Numbered from the stretch's first letter, positions 29,249 to 37,957 are shown. The stretch: DNA of 64,000 bases from an uncultured Gammaproteobacteria bacterium (GCA_964617045.1 CAZTVZ010000001.1:24521-88520); one strand, 5' to 3'. Numbers and translations: made by a program. Notes: a model not told the origin generated them from the sequence alone.

Positions 29249-30340
29249 ATGACTGATTTTACCCAAACAATCGAGGATATTGAAAAAGAAATTAGAGAAA
29301 CCCCTTACCATAAAGGGACAGAGCATCATATCGGAAAATTGAGAGCACGCTTGGCCAAACTAAAGGATAAGCAAATTGAAGGTTATATAAAAGCAAAAGG
29401 TACCGGAGGGGGTGGAGGCGGATATGCAGTTAAAAAACACGGAGATGCAACAGTTGTTTTAATAGGGCCTCCTTCCGCAGGAAAATCTACTTTAATCAAT
29501 AAAATTACGAACGCCGAAAGCAAGGTGGCAGCATATGCTTTTACTACGGTATCGGTAGTTCCGGGAATGCTTAAATACAATGATGCATATATTCAAATAT
29601 TTGATTTACCCGGACTAATTCAAGGAGCAGGTCTTGGTAAAGGAAGAGGAAAAGAGGTTTTATCAGTAGCCAGAACAAGTGATCTTTTGGTCATCATCTC
29701 TGATGTAGATAGACCTGAAGTTCTGATAAATATTCAAGACGAACTGGAAAAAACCGGAATCAGAATAAACAAAATCAGACCGAATATTAAATTTGTCAAA
29801 AGAATCGAAGGTGGAATTGAAGTTAAAACAAATATAAAACAGGATATATCCAAAGATCTGGTTAGAGATATTGCTTCCGAGTTCGGATACAAAAATGGAG
29901 AAATAACGCTTAATCAAAGAATCACTGTTGAGGATCTTATTGATACTTTTTCAAGCAACAGATCGTACATAAATGCCATATTCGTATTAAACAAGATAGA
30001 TAAAAAGAAACCTAACCCTATAAACCTTCCAGAAAATACATTATTTATATCTGCTGACAAGGAAATCGGTATTGAGGAATTTAAAGAAGCTTTATGGAAC
30101 AGTTTGAGATTGGTTAAAGTTTATTTAATTGAACCGGATGAAGAACCTAATACTAATCACCCCATTATTATGAGGGAGGGTGATACATTAATGGATATTG
30201 CCATGACCATTGGTGATGATTTTGCTTCGGATAAAAAGCTTGCTAAAATCTGGGGAAAGAAAGCTCATTATCAAGGACAAGAGGTACCTTTAACCACTAC
30301 TGTTGAAGAAGGATTGATGGTTAGATTTCTTCAAGCTTAA
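29249..30340 (+). CDS. DRG/Rbg-like OBG-family GTPase with C-terminal TGS domain
   Basis: IE.EI..T..HK.TEHHIG.L.A.LAKL N-terminus; GPPSAGKS, YAFTT, DLPG, NKID; A.IWG.....GQ.V TGS. Confidence 0.88.
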   Translation: MTDFTQTIEDIEKEIRETPYHKGTEHHIGKLRARLAKLKDKQIEGYIKAKGTGGGGGGYAVKKHGDATVVLIGPPSAGKSTLINKITNAESKVAAYAFTTVSVVPGMLKYNDAYIQIFDLPGLIQGAGLGKGRGKEVLSVARTSDLLVIISDVDRPEVLINIQDELEKTGIRINKIRPNIKFVKRIEGGIEVKTNIKQDISKDLVRDIASEFGYKNGEITLNQRITVEDLIDTFSSNRSYINAIFVLNKIDKKKPNPINLPENTLFISADKEIGIEEFKEALWNSLRLVKVYLIEPDEEPNTNHPIIMREGDTLMDIAMTIGDDFASDKKLAKIWGKKAHYQGQEVPLTTTVEEGLMVRFLQA

Positions 30341-30372
30341 TTTGATATAATAACTACGCACTTTTTAAATAA

Positions 30373-30462
30373 GCCGAGGTGCTGAAATTGGTAGACAGGC
30401 AGGTTTCAGGAACCTGTGCTCCTTATACGAGCGTGAGGGTTCAAGTCCCTCCCTCGGCACCA
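30373..30462 (+). tRNA. tRNA-Leu(CAG)
   Basis: Cloverleaf, long variable arm, CCA encoded. Confidence 0.95.
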
Positions 30463-30472
30463 AAGCGTATTC

Positions 30473-30554
30473 GCGGGGATGGCGAAATTGGTAGACGCGC
30501 AGTCTTGAGGAGGCTGTGGAGAAATCCTTGGAGGTTCAAGTCCTCTTCCCCGCA
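30473..30554 (+). tRNA. tRNA-Leu(GAG)
   Basis: Cloverleaf, anticodon GAG. Confidence 0.94.
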
Positions 30555-30571
30555 CAAAGTCGTGTATAATT

Positions 30572-30648
30572 GGATGCTTAGCTCAGCTGGTTAGAGCACT
30601 TCGTTTACATCGAAGGGGTCGGGGGTTCGAATCCCTCAGCATCCACCA
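30572..30648 (+). tRNA. tRNA-Val(TAC)
   Basis: Cloverleaf, anticodon TAC, CCA encoded. Confidence 0.95.
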
Positions 30649-30651
30649 TAT

Positions 30652-30724
30652 GCCGAGATAGCCAAGGTGGTCACGGCGGGCGCCTGAAGAGCGTCAGATG
30701 TGTGTTCGACTCACACTCTCGGCA
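30652..30724 (+). tRNA. tRNA-Phe(GAA)
   Basis: Cloverleaf, anticodon GAA. Confidence 0.93.
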
Positions 30725-30736
30725 CAAAGCGAAGAT

Positions 30737-30811
30737 GCGGGAATAGCTCAGTGGTAGAGCGTCTCCTTGCCAAGGAGAAGGCCGCGGGTTCAAGTCCCGT
30801 TTCCCGCTCCA
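30737..30811 (+). tRNA. tRNA-Gly(GCC)
   Basis: Cloverleaf, anticodon GCC, CCA encoded. Confidence 0.95.
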
Positions 30812-30812
30812 A

Positions 30813-30884
30813 GCCCCCATAGCTCAACGGATAGAGCGCGCCCCTTCTAAGGGTGAAATGAAAGTTCGATTCTTTCTGGGGGCA
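30813..30884 (+). tRNA. tRNA-Arg(TCT)
   Basis: Cloverleaf, anticodon TCT. Confidence 0.94.
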
Positions 30885-30961
30885 CCCTTTTCACAAACTT
30901 GACTTTAATCCTCAAAATGTGTCATCCTGATACTCAATAACGGCTAAGCTGTTGTTGTATT

Positions 30962-31579
30962 ATGGTTATCGAGCAAGAAACTTTTACATTCTGGAAAAAC
31001 CTGCTTTTAACAAGCGTATTTTTTATCGTTACACCAATATTAATCGGAATAAGCATCTTCTCTTTATATTCCTTCAGAAATACCGAAATTTTAGAAAAAC
31101 AAATGCATATAAGCAGCGGAAATCCATTATCTGGTGTTAGAGTCTTTGCATCTCTTCCTGCGCTTACACCTTCGGTGTACGGAGCTGTTGAAGCAAAAGA
31201 TGCCAGGCCTGAGATTATCCGTGGTTATCTTGAATATTATAAATCTCCTTTAGTTCCTCACGCAGAATTCATTGTTGAAACAGCCGACAAATATGAACTC
31301 GATTTTAGATTGATTACCGCAATAGCCCAGCAAGAATCTAACCTTTGCAAAATTATTCCTCCAAATACATACAACTGTTGGGGATGGGGAATTCACAGCA
31401 GGGGTACACTGGGTTTTGAATCGTATGAGCAGGGTATAGAAACCGTATCAAAAGGGTTGAAGGAAGAATACATCAACAAAGGATACTTAACACCCGAACA
31501 AATAATGAGCAAATATACTCCAATGTCCAATGGTTCATGGGCAAGAGGCGTGAATCAATTTATGTCCGAAATGGAATAG
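30962..31579 (+). CDS. Membrane-anchored lysozyme-like (transglycosylase/glucosaminidase-like) protein
   Basis: N-terminal TM; LITAIAQQES..., NCWGWG, I..KY.P motifs. Confidence 0.7.
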   Translation: MVIEQETFTFWKNLLLTSVFFIVTPILIGISIFSLYSFRNTEILEKQMHISSGNPLSGVRVFASLPALTPSVYGAVEAKDARPEIIRGYLEYYKSPLVPHAEFIVETADKYELDFRLITAIAQQESNLCKIIPPNTYNCWGWGIHSRGTLGFESYEQGIETVSKGLKEEYINKGYLTPEQIMSKYTPMSNGSWARGVNQFMSEME

Positions 31580-31623
31580 CTTTGACTTTGGATTAATTTA
31601 AAGCTATTCTTGTTGCTTGCAAA

Positions 31624-32382
31624 ATGCCAGCCGCATATGACACATATGATTATCCATCTTATTGGGTGGGGAGAGAATATGAGCATAGATGTGAATTGAT
31701 AGCCGTAAAGGCTCTTCTTCAGAAAATTCCCCGGATAGATACCTTAATTGAAGTTGGAGCCGGATTCGGGAGGATTACTCCAGTATACAAATACAGAGCG
31801 AAAAAAATATTTCTCACTGACCCGTCGGGAAAATTGTTAAGCCTTGCTCGGGATTCATTTAAAAGAAAAGGGTTATATTTCGTACATTCGAGGCTGGAAA
31901 GGTTGGATAAAAAAATCAAAAGAAGATCCGCTGATCTGATAATTATGGTTCGAGTTCTCCACCACATAAAGGATGTCGACCAGGCATTTAAGATTCTGTC
32001 CAAACTAACAAAAAAAGGCGGTTATTTAATATTGGAATTTGCCAACAAGAGCAATTTTAAAAACATGGTTAAAGAGTTTTTAAGGGGGAATTTTGTATTT
32101 CCAATGGAAATTGATACGGTTGATAAAAGAAGCAAAAAGAATATTAAGAAAAATACTATTCCTTTTAACAATTATCACGTTGATTACATCAAAGACAGAC
32201 TGTCTGAAGCAGGGTACAAAATAATTGAAAAACGCTCTGTATCGAACATTAGAAACTCGTTTGTGAAAAACTTGTTTCCAACCAGTTTTTTTCTTTCTCT
32301 TGCCAACCTTGTTCAGCCTTTACTGGGATACATAAACTTTGGTCCATCAATATTTATATTGGCCAAAAAGATAGAGGAATAG
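31624..32382 (+). CDS. Class I SAM-dependent methyltransferase
   Basis: EVGAGFGR motif I; VRVLHH; KKGG.LILE. Confidence 0.85.
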   Translation: MPAAYDTYDYPSYWVGREYEHRCELIAVKALLQKIPRIDTLIEVGAGFGRITPVYKYRAKKIFLTDPSGKLLSLARDSFKRKGLYFVHSRLERLDKKIKRRSADLIIMVRVLHHIKDVDQAFKILSKLTKKGGYLILEFANKSNFKNMVKEFLRGNFVFPMEIDTVDKRSKKNIKKNTIPFNNYHVDYIKDRLSEAGYKIIEKRSVSNIRNSFVKNLFPTSFFLSLANLVQPLLGYINFGPSIFILAKKIEE

Positions 32383-32388
32383 GGGATC

Positions 32389-32417
32389 TTGACAGACCTG
32401 TAGTCTAATGCTATAGT
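32389..32417 (+). promoter_or_regulatory. Sigma70 promoter TTGACA-17-(TG)TATAGT
   Basis: Near-consensus -35 and extended -10 with 17 bp spacer. Confidence 0.75.
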
Positions 32418-32422
32418 ACCAC

Positions 32423-32500
32423 TAGATCTTGAGGCAAGATGGTTTTTACCATTCGAGCGTTGAGATATTTTTTGGGGCCCCCGCAAGGGGGCTCCTTTTT
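32423..32500 (+). ncRNA. Candidate small RNA (~77 nt), family unknown
   Basis: Bounded by a strong promoter and an intrinsic terminator, with no annotated gene between them. Confidence 0.5.
32474..32500 (+). terminator. Rho-independent terminator
   Basis: GGGGCCCCC-GCAA-GGGGGCTCC followed by TTTTT. Confidence 0.85.
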
Positions 32501-32520
32501 GTTATAATATGCCTGTGAAT

Positions 32521-32604
32521 GCCGGGGTGGCGGAATGGTAGACGCGCATGGTTTAGGACCATGTGAGTTAATAACTCGTGGGGGTTCAAGTCCCTTCCTC
32601 GGCA
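32521..32604 (+). tRNA. tRNA-Leu(TAG)
   Basis: Cloverleaf, long variable arm, anticodon TAG; own TGTTATAAT at 32500-32508. Confidence 0.95.
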
Positions 32605-32625
32605 CAAGAAATGCTATAATGAGCC

Positions 32626-32814
32626 ATGGAAGATGAACTGATAAACATCATACCCGTCAGAAATACACACAATCTCAATTTATTGCTTCTTCTGATACCG
32701 ATAATCTCGTTTATATTAATACTGGCCCTACTTTCTACCAATCTGGATAAAGGAGAAGTTGCTGGAATGTCTGATAGTAGAGATGTTTCCAAAGCTGAAC
32801 AAAATATAAAATGA
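32626..32814 (+). CDS. Small single-TM protein
   Basis: TM followed by GEVAG; leaderless-type promoter; ATGA overlap with next gene. Confidence 0.65.
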   Translation: MEDELINIIPVRNTHNLNLLLLLIPIISFILILALLSTNLDKGEVAGMSDSRDVSKAEQNIK

Positions 32815-33302
32815 AACAGCTTTTTCTTCCGATTCTTGGTGCTGCTGCGTTCATAATCATTGTTGGTCTCATGTACAACAACAAACTCCCGTTAAAAAGC
32901 CCTGAAAGCAATAAGGACAGCTCAAAAAATAATATTGTAATAATTTCTGACAACCATATTGAGGTAGAAATTGCCGATTCGTCAGACGAGAGATCAAAAG
33001 GCCTTTCGGGAAGAGACAATCTTGATGAGGGAAAAGGAATGCTCTTTGTCTTAGACCAAAAAAACACACGTCCGGGGTTCTGGATGAAAGGAATGAAAAT
33101 GCCGATAGATATAATTTGGATTAATGATGAAAAGATTATTCAAATTGATTCGGAAGTGCCGTATCCCGATGAAAATGCAAATGAATTTCCAAGCTATTTT
33201 CCCAAGTCCGACATAGATTATGTTTTGGAAGTTCCTTCCGGTTATTCCAATAAAGTTGGTATCAAAGAAGGAGACCAGGTTAAACTTCCTTCACCCTACT
33301 AA
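32811..33302 (+). CDS. DUF192 family protein
   Basis: EIAD...R..GL, GMLF, FWMK.M..PIDIIW, YVLEV..G. Confidence 0.9.
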   Translation: MKQLFLPILGAAAFIIIVGLMYNNKLPLKSPESNKDSSKNNIVIISDNHIEVEIADSSDERSKGLSGRDNLDEGKGMLFVLDQKNTRPGFWMKGMKMPIDIIWINDEKIIQIDSEVPYPDENANEFPSYFPKSDIDYVLEVPSGYSNKVGIKEGDQVKLPSPY

Positions 33303-34558
33303 CCGCTTAAAGTAAACTCCTCTAATTCTTTTACTCCACCGAAAGCAATTCTGTCGGGAACCAGCTCTCTGGTATTAATCATCTTAAGAGGTGCAATTAC
33401 AAACGACCCCCATTTTTCGTTGATATTATCTTGAGCTTTTGTAACTTTTTCTTTTCGTGGTAAGTCTTCAAAAAAATTAAGCTGTAACTCATTTTTTTTG
33501 AGAAGTTCATATACCGAAACCGCTATTTCTCGTACCGGTTTTTTGTATGGTGTTTTATTGAGTAGCTTAAACATTCCCTTGTATATATCCCTGGAATCGT
33601 AAACAGGTTCTTGTAGTTTCTTTGATTGGTGCCAAAAAGACCCGTCTTTATACGAAATTGCCAAATGAATACCTTTTGCTTTGTATCCTGCTTTACGAAG
33701 TCTAAATCCTGTTTTTTGAGAAAGTTTGGTAATTATCGGAGAAAGATCTTCGACTTCGGAAAGCGGTCTCGGAAGCGCAAATGAATTACCATAACTTTTC
33801 CTGGCAAAAACAACATCGTCAATTTCCCAACCTCTAATTCTCAAATACCAATAATACCCAAGTACCGAATGAAATGCCGCTTTTAATTTCCAATACGGTG
33901 CATTGTAGAAATCAAGGACGGTGTGTATTCCAACCCCAGACAGTCTGATTGCATTTTTAATCTTAATCCCGGGCAAATCAGTTATTTTTAATTGAGAGAA
34001 AACCTTTTTGTAATTTCTATAATTTATTTCATCTAAACCGTCGGGTTTCTTGAGTTCCGCTCCCAATTTTGCCAAAAATCTGTTTGGAGCAATTCCGATG
34101 GAAACCGTTAACCATTCTCCGATTTCATTTTTTATCCTTTCTTTGATTTCTTTGGCTATATTGGCAATTCCTTTTTGGAAAGATGGATATCCCTCGAGAT
34201 TCAGAACAAATTCGTCAATACTTTTAGGGGAATAGTCATTTGTGTAATCGGAAATTATTTTACCCAGTTCAATGTGTACAAAACGATACTTCCACGGATC
34301 TGGGCTCAAAACTATTAGCTCGGGGCAAATTAATTTACCTTCTTTAACTCTCATTCCCACTCGTACACCGAGCCTTTTTGCTTCAACGGAAGGTGCAATG
34401 ATACATCCTCCGGGTGAATCGTACGCAGAAACGGCAATGGGTTTTCCTCTTAATAGAGGGTTTGCCTGTTGTTCTATTGTTGCAAAGCAGGAATTGAGAT
34501 CAATGTGTAATATTGTCGAATTCTTTTTGTTAAAAGATATTTCAGTCAGGATTTCCAT
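33299..34558 (-). CDS. dinB: Y-family DNA polymerase (Pol IV-like)
   Basis: HIDLNSCFA, S.EAKR.GV, SIDE, KKPDG motifs; C-terminal QLNFF clamp-binding motif. Confidence 0.9.
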   Translation of the reverse strand: MEILTEISFNKKNSTILHIDLNSCFATIEQQANPLLRGKPIAVSAYDSPGGCIIAPSVEAKRLGVRVGMRVKEGKLICPELIVLSPDPWKYRFVHIELGKIISDYTNDYSPKSIDEFVLNLEGYPSFQKGIANIAKEIKERIKNEIGEWLTVSIGIAPNRFLAKLGAELKKPDGLDEINYRNYKKVFSQLKITDLPGIKIKNAIRLSGVGIHTVLDFYNAPYWKLKAAFHSVLGYYWYLRIRGWEIDDVVFARKSYGNSFALPRPLSEVEDLSPIITKLSQKTGFRLRKAGYKAKGIHLAISYKDGSFWHQSKKLQEPVYDSRDIYKGMFKLLNKTPYKKPVREIAVSVYELLKKNELQLNFFEDLPRKEKVTKAQDNINEKWGSFVIAPLKMINTRELVPDRIAFGGVKELEEFTLSG

Positions 34559-34802
34559 CGGATATTTGTTCCAATCTCCATGTAAGGTTCTCCGTGTTGA
34601 AAACCAGCCTCATAAAAAGCGTTTCACTTGCAACCGAAAAAACATGCATCAAAGATCGGCCATCCCTATATGAATGGTGAAGACCTATTTTCTCTATTTT
34701 GTGGGATCTTCCTTCCCAAAGCACGTAAGTTGGTGTAAATTTACGAACCTTATGGTTGTAGATCGTAGCAACTGTAATGGGAGCCGATATTTTTTCTATC
34801 AT
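34542..34802 (-). CDS. Small beta-rich protein co-transcribed with dinB
   Basis: 86 aa, P..V.WEGR...I, W.L C-terminus; overlaps dinB start. Confidence 0.75.
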   Translation of the reverse strand: MIEKISAPITVATIYNHKVRKFTPTYVLWEGRSHKIEKIGLHHSYRDGRSLMHVFSVASETLFMRLVFNTENLTWRLEQISDGNPD

Positions 34803-34803
34803 T

Positions 34804-34819
34804 CCAAAATAAACCCGAA
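34804..34819. promoter_or_regulatory. Putative LexA operator CCAAA-N6-CCGAA
   Basis: Abuts the start codon of the dinB cassette. Confidence 0.75.
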
Positions 34820-34840
34820 ACTTTATATCTATTTATATAT

Positions 34841-34856
34841 CCAAATAAAACCCGAA
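34841..34856. promoter_or_regulatory. Putative LexA operator CCAAA-N6-CCGAA
   Basis: Second copy, within the likely promoter spacer of the dinB cassette. Confidence 0.75.
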
Positions 34857-34907
34857 ATCAATACCTAATTTCTTGACATTCGGAAGTAATAATATAAAAA
34901 TATACCT

Positions 34908-35246
34908 ATGAAGTTATTAATAAGACTTGCAATAAATGTTTTTGCTTTATTCGTCGTTGACTATTTGGTTCCCGGATTCGAGCTGGGTGGAATCGAAACC
35001 GCTGTTGTGGCAGCTATCGTAATTGGAATAGTAAACACCTTAATCAAACCTGTTTTGCAACTAATTGCATTGCCGATATCGATACTTACATTCGGAATAG
35101 CAGCTTTTTTTATCAATGTTACATTGCTTTACCTGTCAAGCAAATTGGTTCCAGGATTTATAATTGATACATATGTCACAGCCATAATTGCATCTTTGGT
35201 GTTGTCACTAACCTCATGGTTTTTGAATAAATTGGCCAAAGAATAA
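34908..35246 (+). CDS. 4-TM phage holin family (YvlD-like) membrane protein
   Basis: GIVNTLIKPVL..IALPISILTFG...F.IN signature. Confidence 0.85.
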   Translation: MKLLIRLAINVFALFVVDYLVPGFELGGIETAVVAAIVIGIVNTLIKPVLQLIALPISILTFGIAAFFINVTLLYLSSKLVPGFIIDTYVTAIIASLVLSLTSWFLNKLAKE

Positions 35247-35247
35247 T

Positions 35248-35391
35248 ATGAAGCCTCAAATTAAGAATCAGTCAAAATTCAGTTTCAGATCTTCAGATTT
35301 CCTAAAAGGAAGTAAATTTTCAGGAGGATCAAACAAAAACAGTGTAAAATTTAATCCTTCACAGTTCAAAACACAACATAAAGGAAGTTAG
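35248..35391 (+). CDS. Small basic Lys/Ser/Phe-rich protein (47 aa; below ORF-track cutoff)
   Basis: ATG 1 nt after upstream stop; ORF fills the gap to the tig promoter. Confidence 0.6.
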   Translation: MKPQIKNQSKFSFRSSDFLKGSKFSGGSNKNSVKFNPSQFKTQHKGS

Positions 35392-35421
35392 CCTCGTTTT
35401 GTGTTATAATTCCTCATTGCT

Positions 35422-36270
35422 ATGGCAAAAGAAATAACAAATTCCATTGCCCGGGAAGAAGACGGAACATTACAGGTAACGTTTATGTTGCCTTGGGAGA
35501 TTGTTGAAAAAGCCCAACTTGATGCCTACAAAAAGTATGCCAAGGATATTACCGTCAAAGGTTTCCGAAAAGGAATGGCTCCTGTCGAAAAAGCCAAAGA
35601 ACATATAGCTTTGGATAAGGTAATTAGGTCTGTCATAGCCGAGATTCTTCCTCCTGCTTTGGGCAAAGCATTTGAAGAACACAAAATTCAAGCCATGATG
35701 TACCCCAGAATTGAAGTAGTGTCTGTTGAAGAAGGTAAGGATTGGCAAATTAGAGCCGTTACATGCGAATTACCCTCGTTTGAACTCGGTAACTATAAAG
35801 ATGCCATAACAAATCTCTCAAAATCATTAAAAAAGGATAAAAAAGAATTAACCGTAGAAGAAAAGCAAAGAAATATTGTGGAGCTTCTGGAAAAATCGAT
35901 AACCCTTAAAGTTCCTCATGTATTGGTTGAGGAAGAGGTTGAAGGAAGACTAACAAGCCTCCTGGATAGAATAGATAAGTTGGGACTTAACTTGGAAAGC
36001 TATCTTTCATCACTTGGTAAAACTCCGGAAAAATTGAGAGAAGAATATGTCGAACAGGCAAAATCCTCTATCGCGATGGAACTTATTTTGGAAAAGATTG
36101 CCAAAGAAGAAAAAATTGAAATTAAAGATGAAGAAATTGAAGCCGTAATTAAGGCCAGCGAAGCTGACAGGTCATTATCCGAAAGACTTAGCTCACCCGA
36201 ACAAAGATCCGTAATCAAATCAATCTTAAGAAAAAGAAAGTGTCTTGACGCTTTATCTGCCTTGCTGTAA
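35422..36270 (+). CDS. tig: Trigger factor lacking the FKBP PPIase domain
   Basis: GFRKGMAP ribosome-binding loop; C-terminal chaperone domain; only 282 aa. Confidence 0.88.
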   Translation: MAKEITNSIAREEDGTLQVTFMLPWEIVEKAQLDAYKKYAKDITVKGFRKGMAPVEKAKEHIALDKVIRSVIAEILPPALGKAFEEHKIQAMMYPRIEVVSVEEGKDWQIRAVTCELPSFELGNYKDAITNLSKSLKKDKKELTVEEKQRNIVELLEKSITLKVPHVLVEEEVEGRLTSLLDRIDKLGLNLESYLSSLGKTPEKLREEYVEQAKSSIAMELILEKIAKEEKIEIKDEEIEAVIKASEADRSLSERLSSPEQRSVIKSILRKRKCLDALSALL

Positions 36271-36282
36271 TCTGGGCTTGAA

Positions 36283-36912
36283 ATGGATAAAACTCAAAAA
36301 CAAAAGGTAATCAAAAATCTTCAAAGAAAAAATATCCTTGAATCCATTAAAGATATTGGAGAATCGACAACTCAATCTATCACTTCCGACCTTGTTGAAC
36401 AGTCGACAAAAGACTTTTTAAAAGAACTTCTGGGAATAAATAGCACCAACAAATCAGGGGAAATATTCGCAGGACAGGAAATTGCAATGAAAGAGGTGTT
36501 TGATGGTAAAGCCAAGGAAAAAGAAAACGAATATAAACAAACCAGATTTGAAAACACTCTTATAAGAGAAGAAAAAGAACGAATTGAACACAAATCCAAC
36601 GAACTAAAACTCCACCTGCATGCTTTAATGCAGGAAATCTATTCTTTGGCTAAGACTACTCAAAACCTGGGACAAGAGGTAGAGGTAGCCACTATGCAGG
36701 CCCCAGCAAATCCAGGTATATATCATGTCGTTTTTTTTGAAAAAATGATTGAATATATCAGAGATTTTCGGAAAAAAATTGAAGATTCTTCTGTCTGGCT
36801 CTCTTCATCCAATAAAAGAGCTGAGAAAAAGAACTACTGGTCCATGTACAAGAAAAAGGGGAGCTCATTCCTATTGGCTCCTGATCATTATTTACAAAGA
36901 TCGGTTGGATAA
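36283..36912 (+). CDS. Conserved coiled-coil hypothetical protein (DUF5660-like)
   Basis: PGIYH..FFEK, S..WL, YW..YKK.G.SF C-terminal block; family name from recall. Confidence 0.65.
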   Translation: MDKTQKQKVIKNLQRKNILESIKDIGESTTQSITSDLVEQSTKDFLKELLGINSTNKSGEIFAGQEIAMKEVFDGKAKEKENEYKQTRFENTLIREEKERIEHKSNELKLHLHALMQEIYSLAKTTQNLGQEVEVATMQAPANPGIYHVVFFEKMIEYIRDFRKKIEDSSVWLSSSNKRAEKKNYWSMYKKKGSSFLLAPDHYLQRSVG

Positions 36913-37190
36913 TGTCTCCAGAAATTGGCCATTTTTATCAGCATTTACAAAAATTGGGTATTCATCGAAAAGTTCTTCTTGCGAGGGAAGAGGATCTCGG
37001 TGGGTATCTAATGGAAATATATTCTTTACCTCTTAACAAATACGTACTATGTGACAACAACTGCAATAATCCTGCTTCAATCATGATTTATTCAAAATCT
37101 CATGATGGCAAAAAAGCGCTTGATTTGTTTTGTGATATGCATGCCGGCGACAACCTGATTAAGCTTCGGGACAATAAATTATTTGATTAA
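36912..37190 (+). CDS. Hypothetical protein, possible Zn-binding (CDNNC...FCDMH)
   Basis: TAATG overlap with upstream gene; Cys/His pattern. Confidence 0.55.
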   Translation: MSPEIGHFYQHLQKLGIHRKVLLAREEDLGGYLMEIYSLPLNKYVLCDNNCNNPASIMIYSKSHDGKKALDLFCDMHAGDNLIKLRDNKLFD

Positions 37191-37231
37191 TTAGTCAATC
37201 TTTAACCCGTTTGGTATAATTAGCGTTACCT

Positions 37232-37305
37232 GGACGCTTAGCTCAGTTGGCTAGAGCGCTTTCTTGACGTGAAAGAGGTCGGGGGTTCAAGTCCCTCAGC
37301 GTCCA
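37232..37305 (+). tRNA. tRNA-Val(GAC)
   Basis: Cloverleaf, anticodon GAC. Confidence 0.95.
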
Positions 37306-37311
37306 CATATC

Positions 37312-37384
37312 GGGCTCGTAGCTCAATGGCTAGAGCACCTGGCTGGCAGTCAGGGGGTTAGGGGTTCGACTCCCCTCGAGTCCA
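37312..37384 (+). tRNA. tRNA-Ala(GGC)
   Basis: Cloverleaf, anticodon GGC, G3:U70. Confidence 0.95.
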
Positions 37385-37429
37385 CAAAACTTGCATTAAC
37401 AATCAATAAAGTACTAATATTTTATAAGG

Positions 37430-37927
37430 ATGAATCGTAAACTGCTCATTGTAATTGCAATCGTAATTCTTGTTATTGTTGCCCTGCTTTCGATAAAAAT
37501 ATTTTTTCCTGAAAACAATTTCGTTGATAAAGGAATTTACTGGATAAGTGGAACTGATCAATCAAATCAAAGTCAAAGTATCTTTAACATCAACCAGAAT
37601 AATGCAAAAATGCGCACTTCTGATGGAAGTATAAAATTAACGTCTCCCGCTCCAAACTCTAAGGTTAAACCCGGATTTGTTGTTTCCGGAACTGCAAGAG
37701 TAGCTGAGAACATAATAAGCTGGAAATTAATTTCAAGCGAAAACGAGATTCTCGGACAAGGATATGTTTCTGTTGAAGTTAATGAAGAAATTAATGTTTC
37801 ACTATTCGATTTTCAAGCTATTTATCCAGAAGGGACAAATGGAAATGGATTCTTGGAAATATTTGACTACTCTCTGAAAGATGGATCTTTATACGAAAAA
37901 ATTCAGATTCCCCTCATATTCGATTAA
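37430..37927 (+). CDS. Membrane-anchored Gmad2 immunoglobulin-like protein
   Basis: TM; I...P.P...V....V.G.ARV.E and G.LE....S.KDG patterns. Confidence 0.72.
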   Translation: MNRKLLIVIAIVILVIVALLSIKIFFPENNFVDKGIYWISGTDQSNQSQSIFNINQNNAKMRTSDGSIKLTSPAPNSKVKPGFVVSGTARVAENIISWKLISSENEILGQGYVSVEVNEEINVSLFDFQAIYPEGTNGNGFLEIFDYSLKDGSLYEKIQIPLIFD

Positions 37928-37957
37928 CATCTCTCCATAAATGAGTTAAAATAAGCC

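Noticed and set aside
30562-30571. TATAAT immediately before tRNA-Val(TAC)
   Set aside because: Only 1 nt from the mature 5' end, too close to be its promoter.
30379-30594. ORF-track ORFs over tRNA genes (also 27008-27196 and 32411-32605)
   Set aside because: They are translations of tRNA sequences.
30373-30884. Repetitive GC-rich units resembling an array
   Set aside because: They resolve into six ordinary tRNAs; there is no CRISPR repeat-spacer pattern and no cas genes in the window.
15643-35246. Two phage-holin-family genes suggesting a prophage
   Set aside because: No integrase, capsid, terminase or endolysin neighbours; this 4-TM family is commonly chromosomal.
35248-35421. Phe-rich small ORF as a second attenuator leader
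   Set aside because: No downstream terminator or antiterminator; tig has its own TGTTATAAT; the Phe codons are dispersed.
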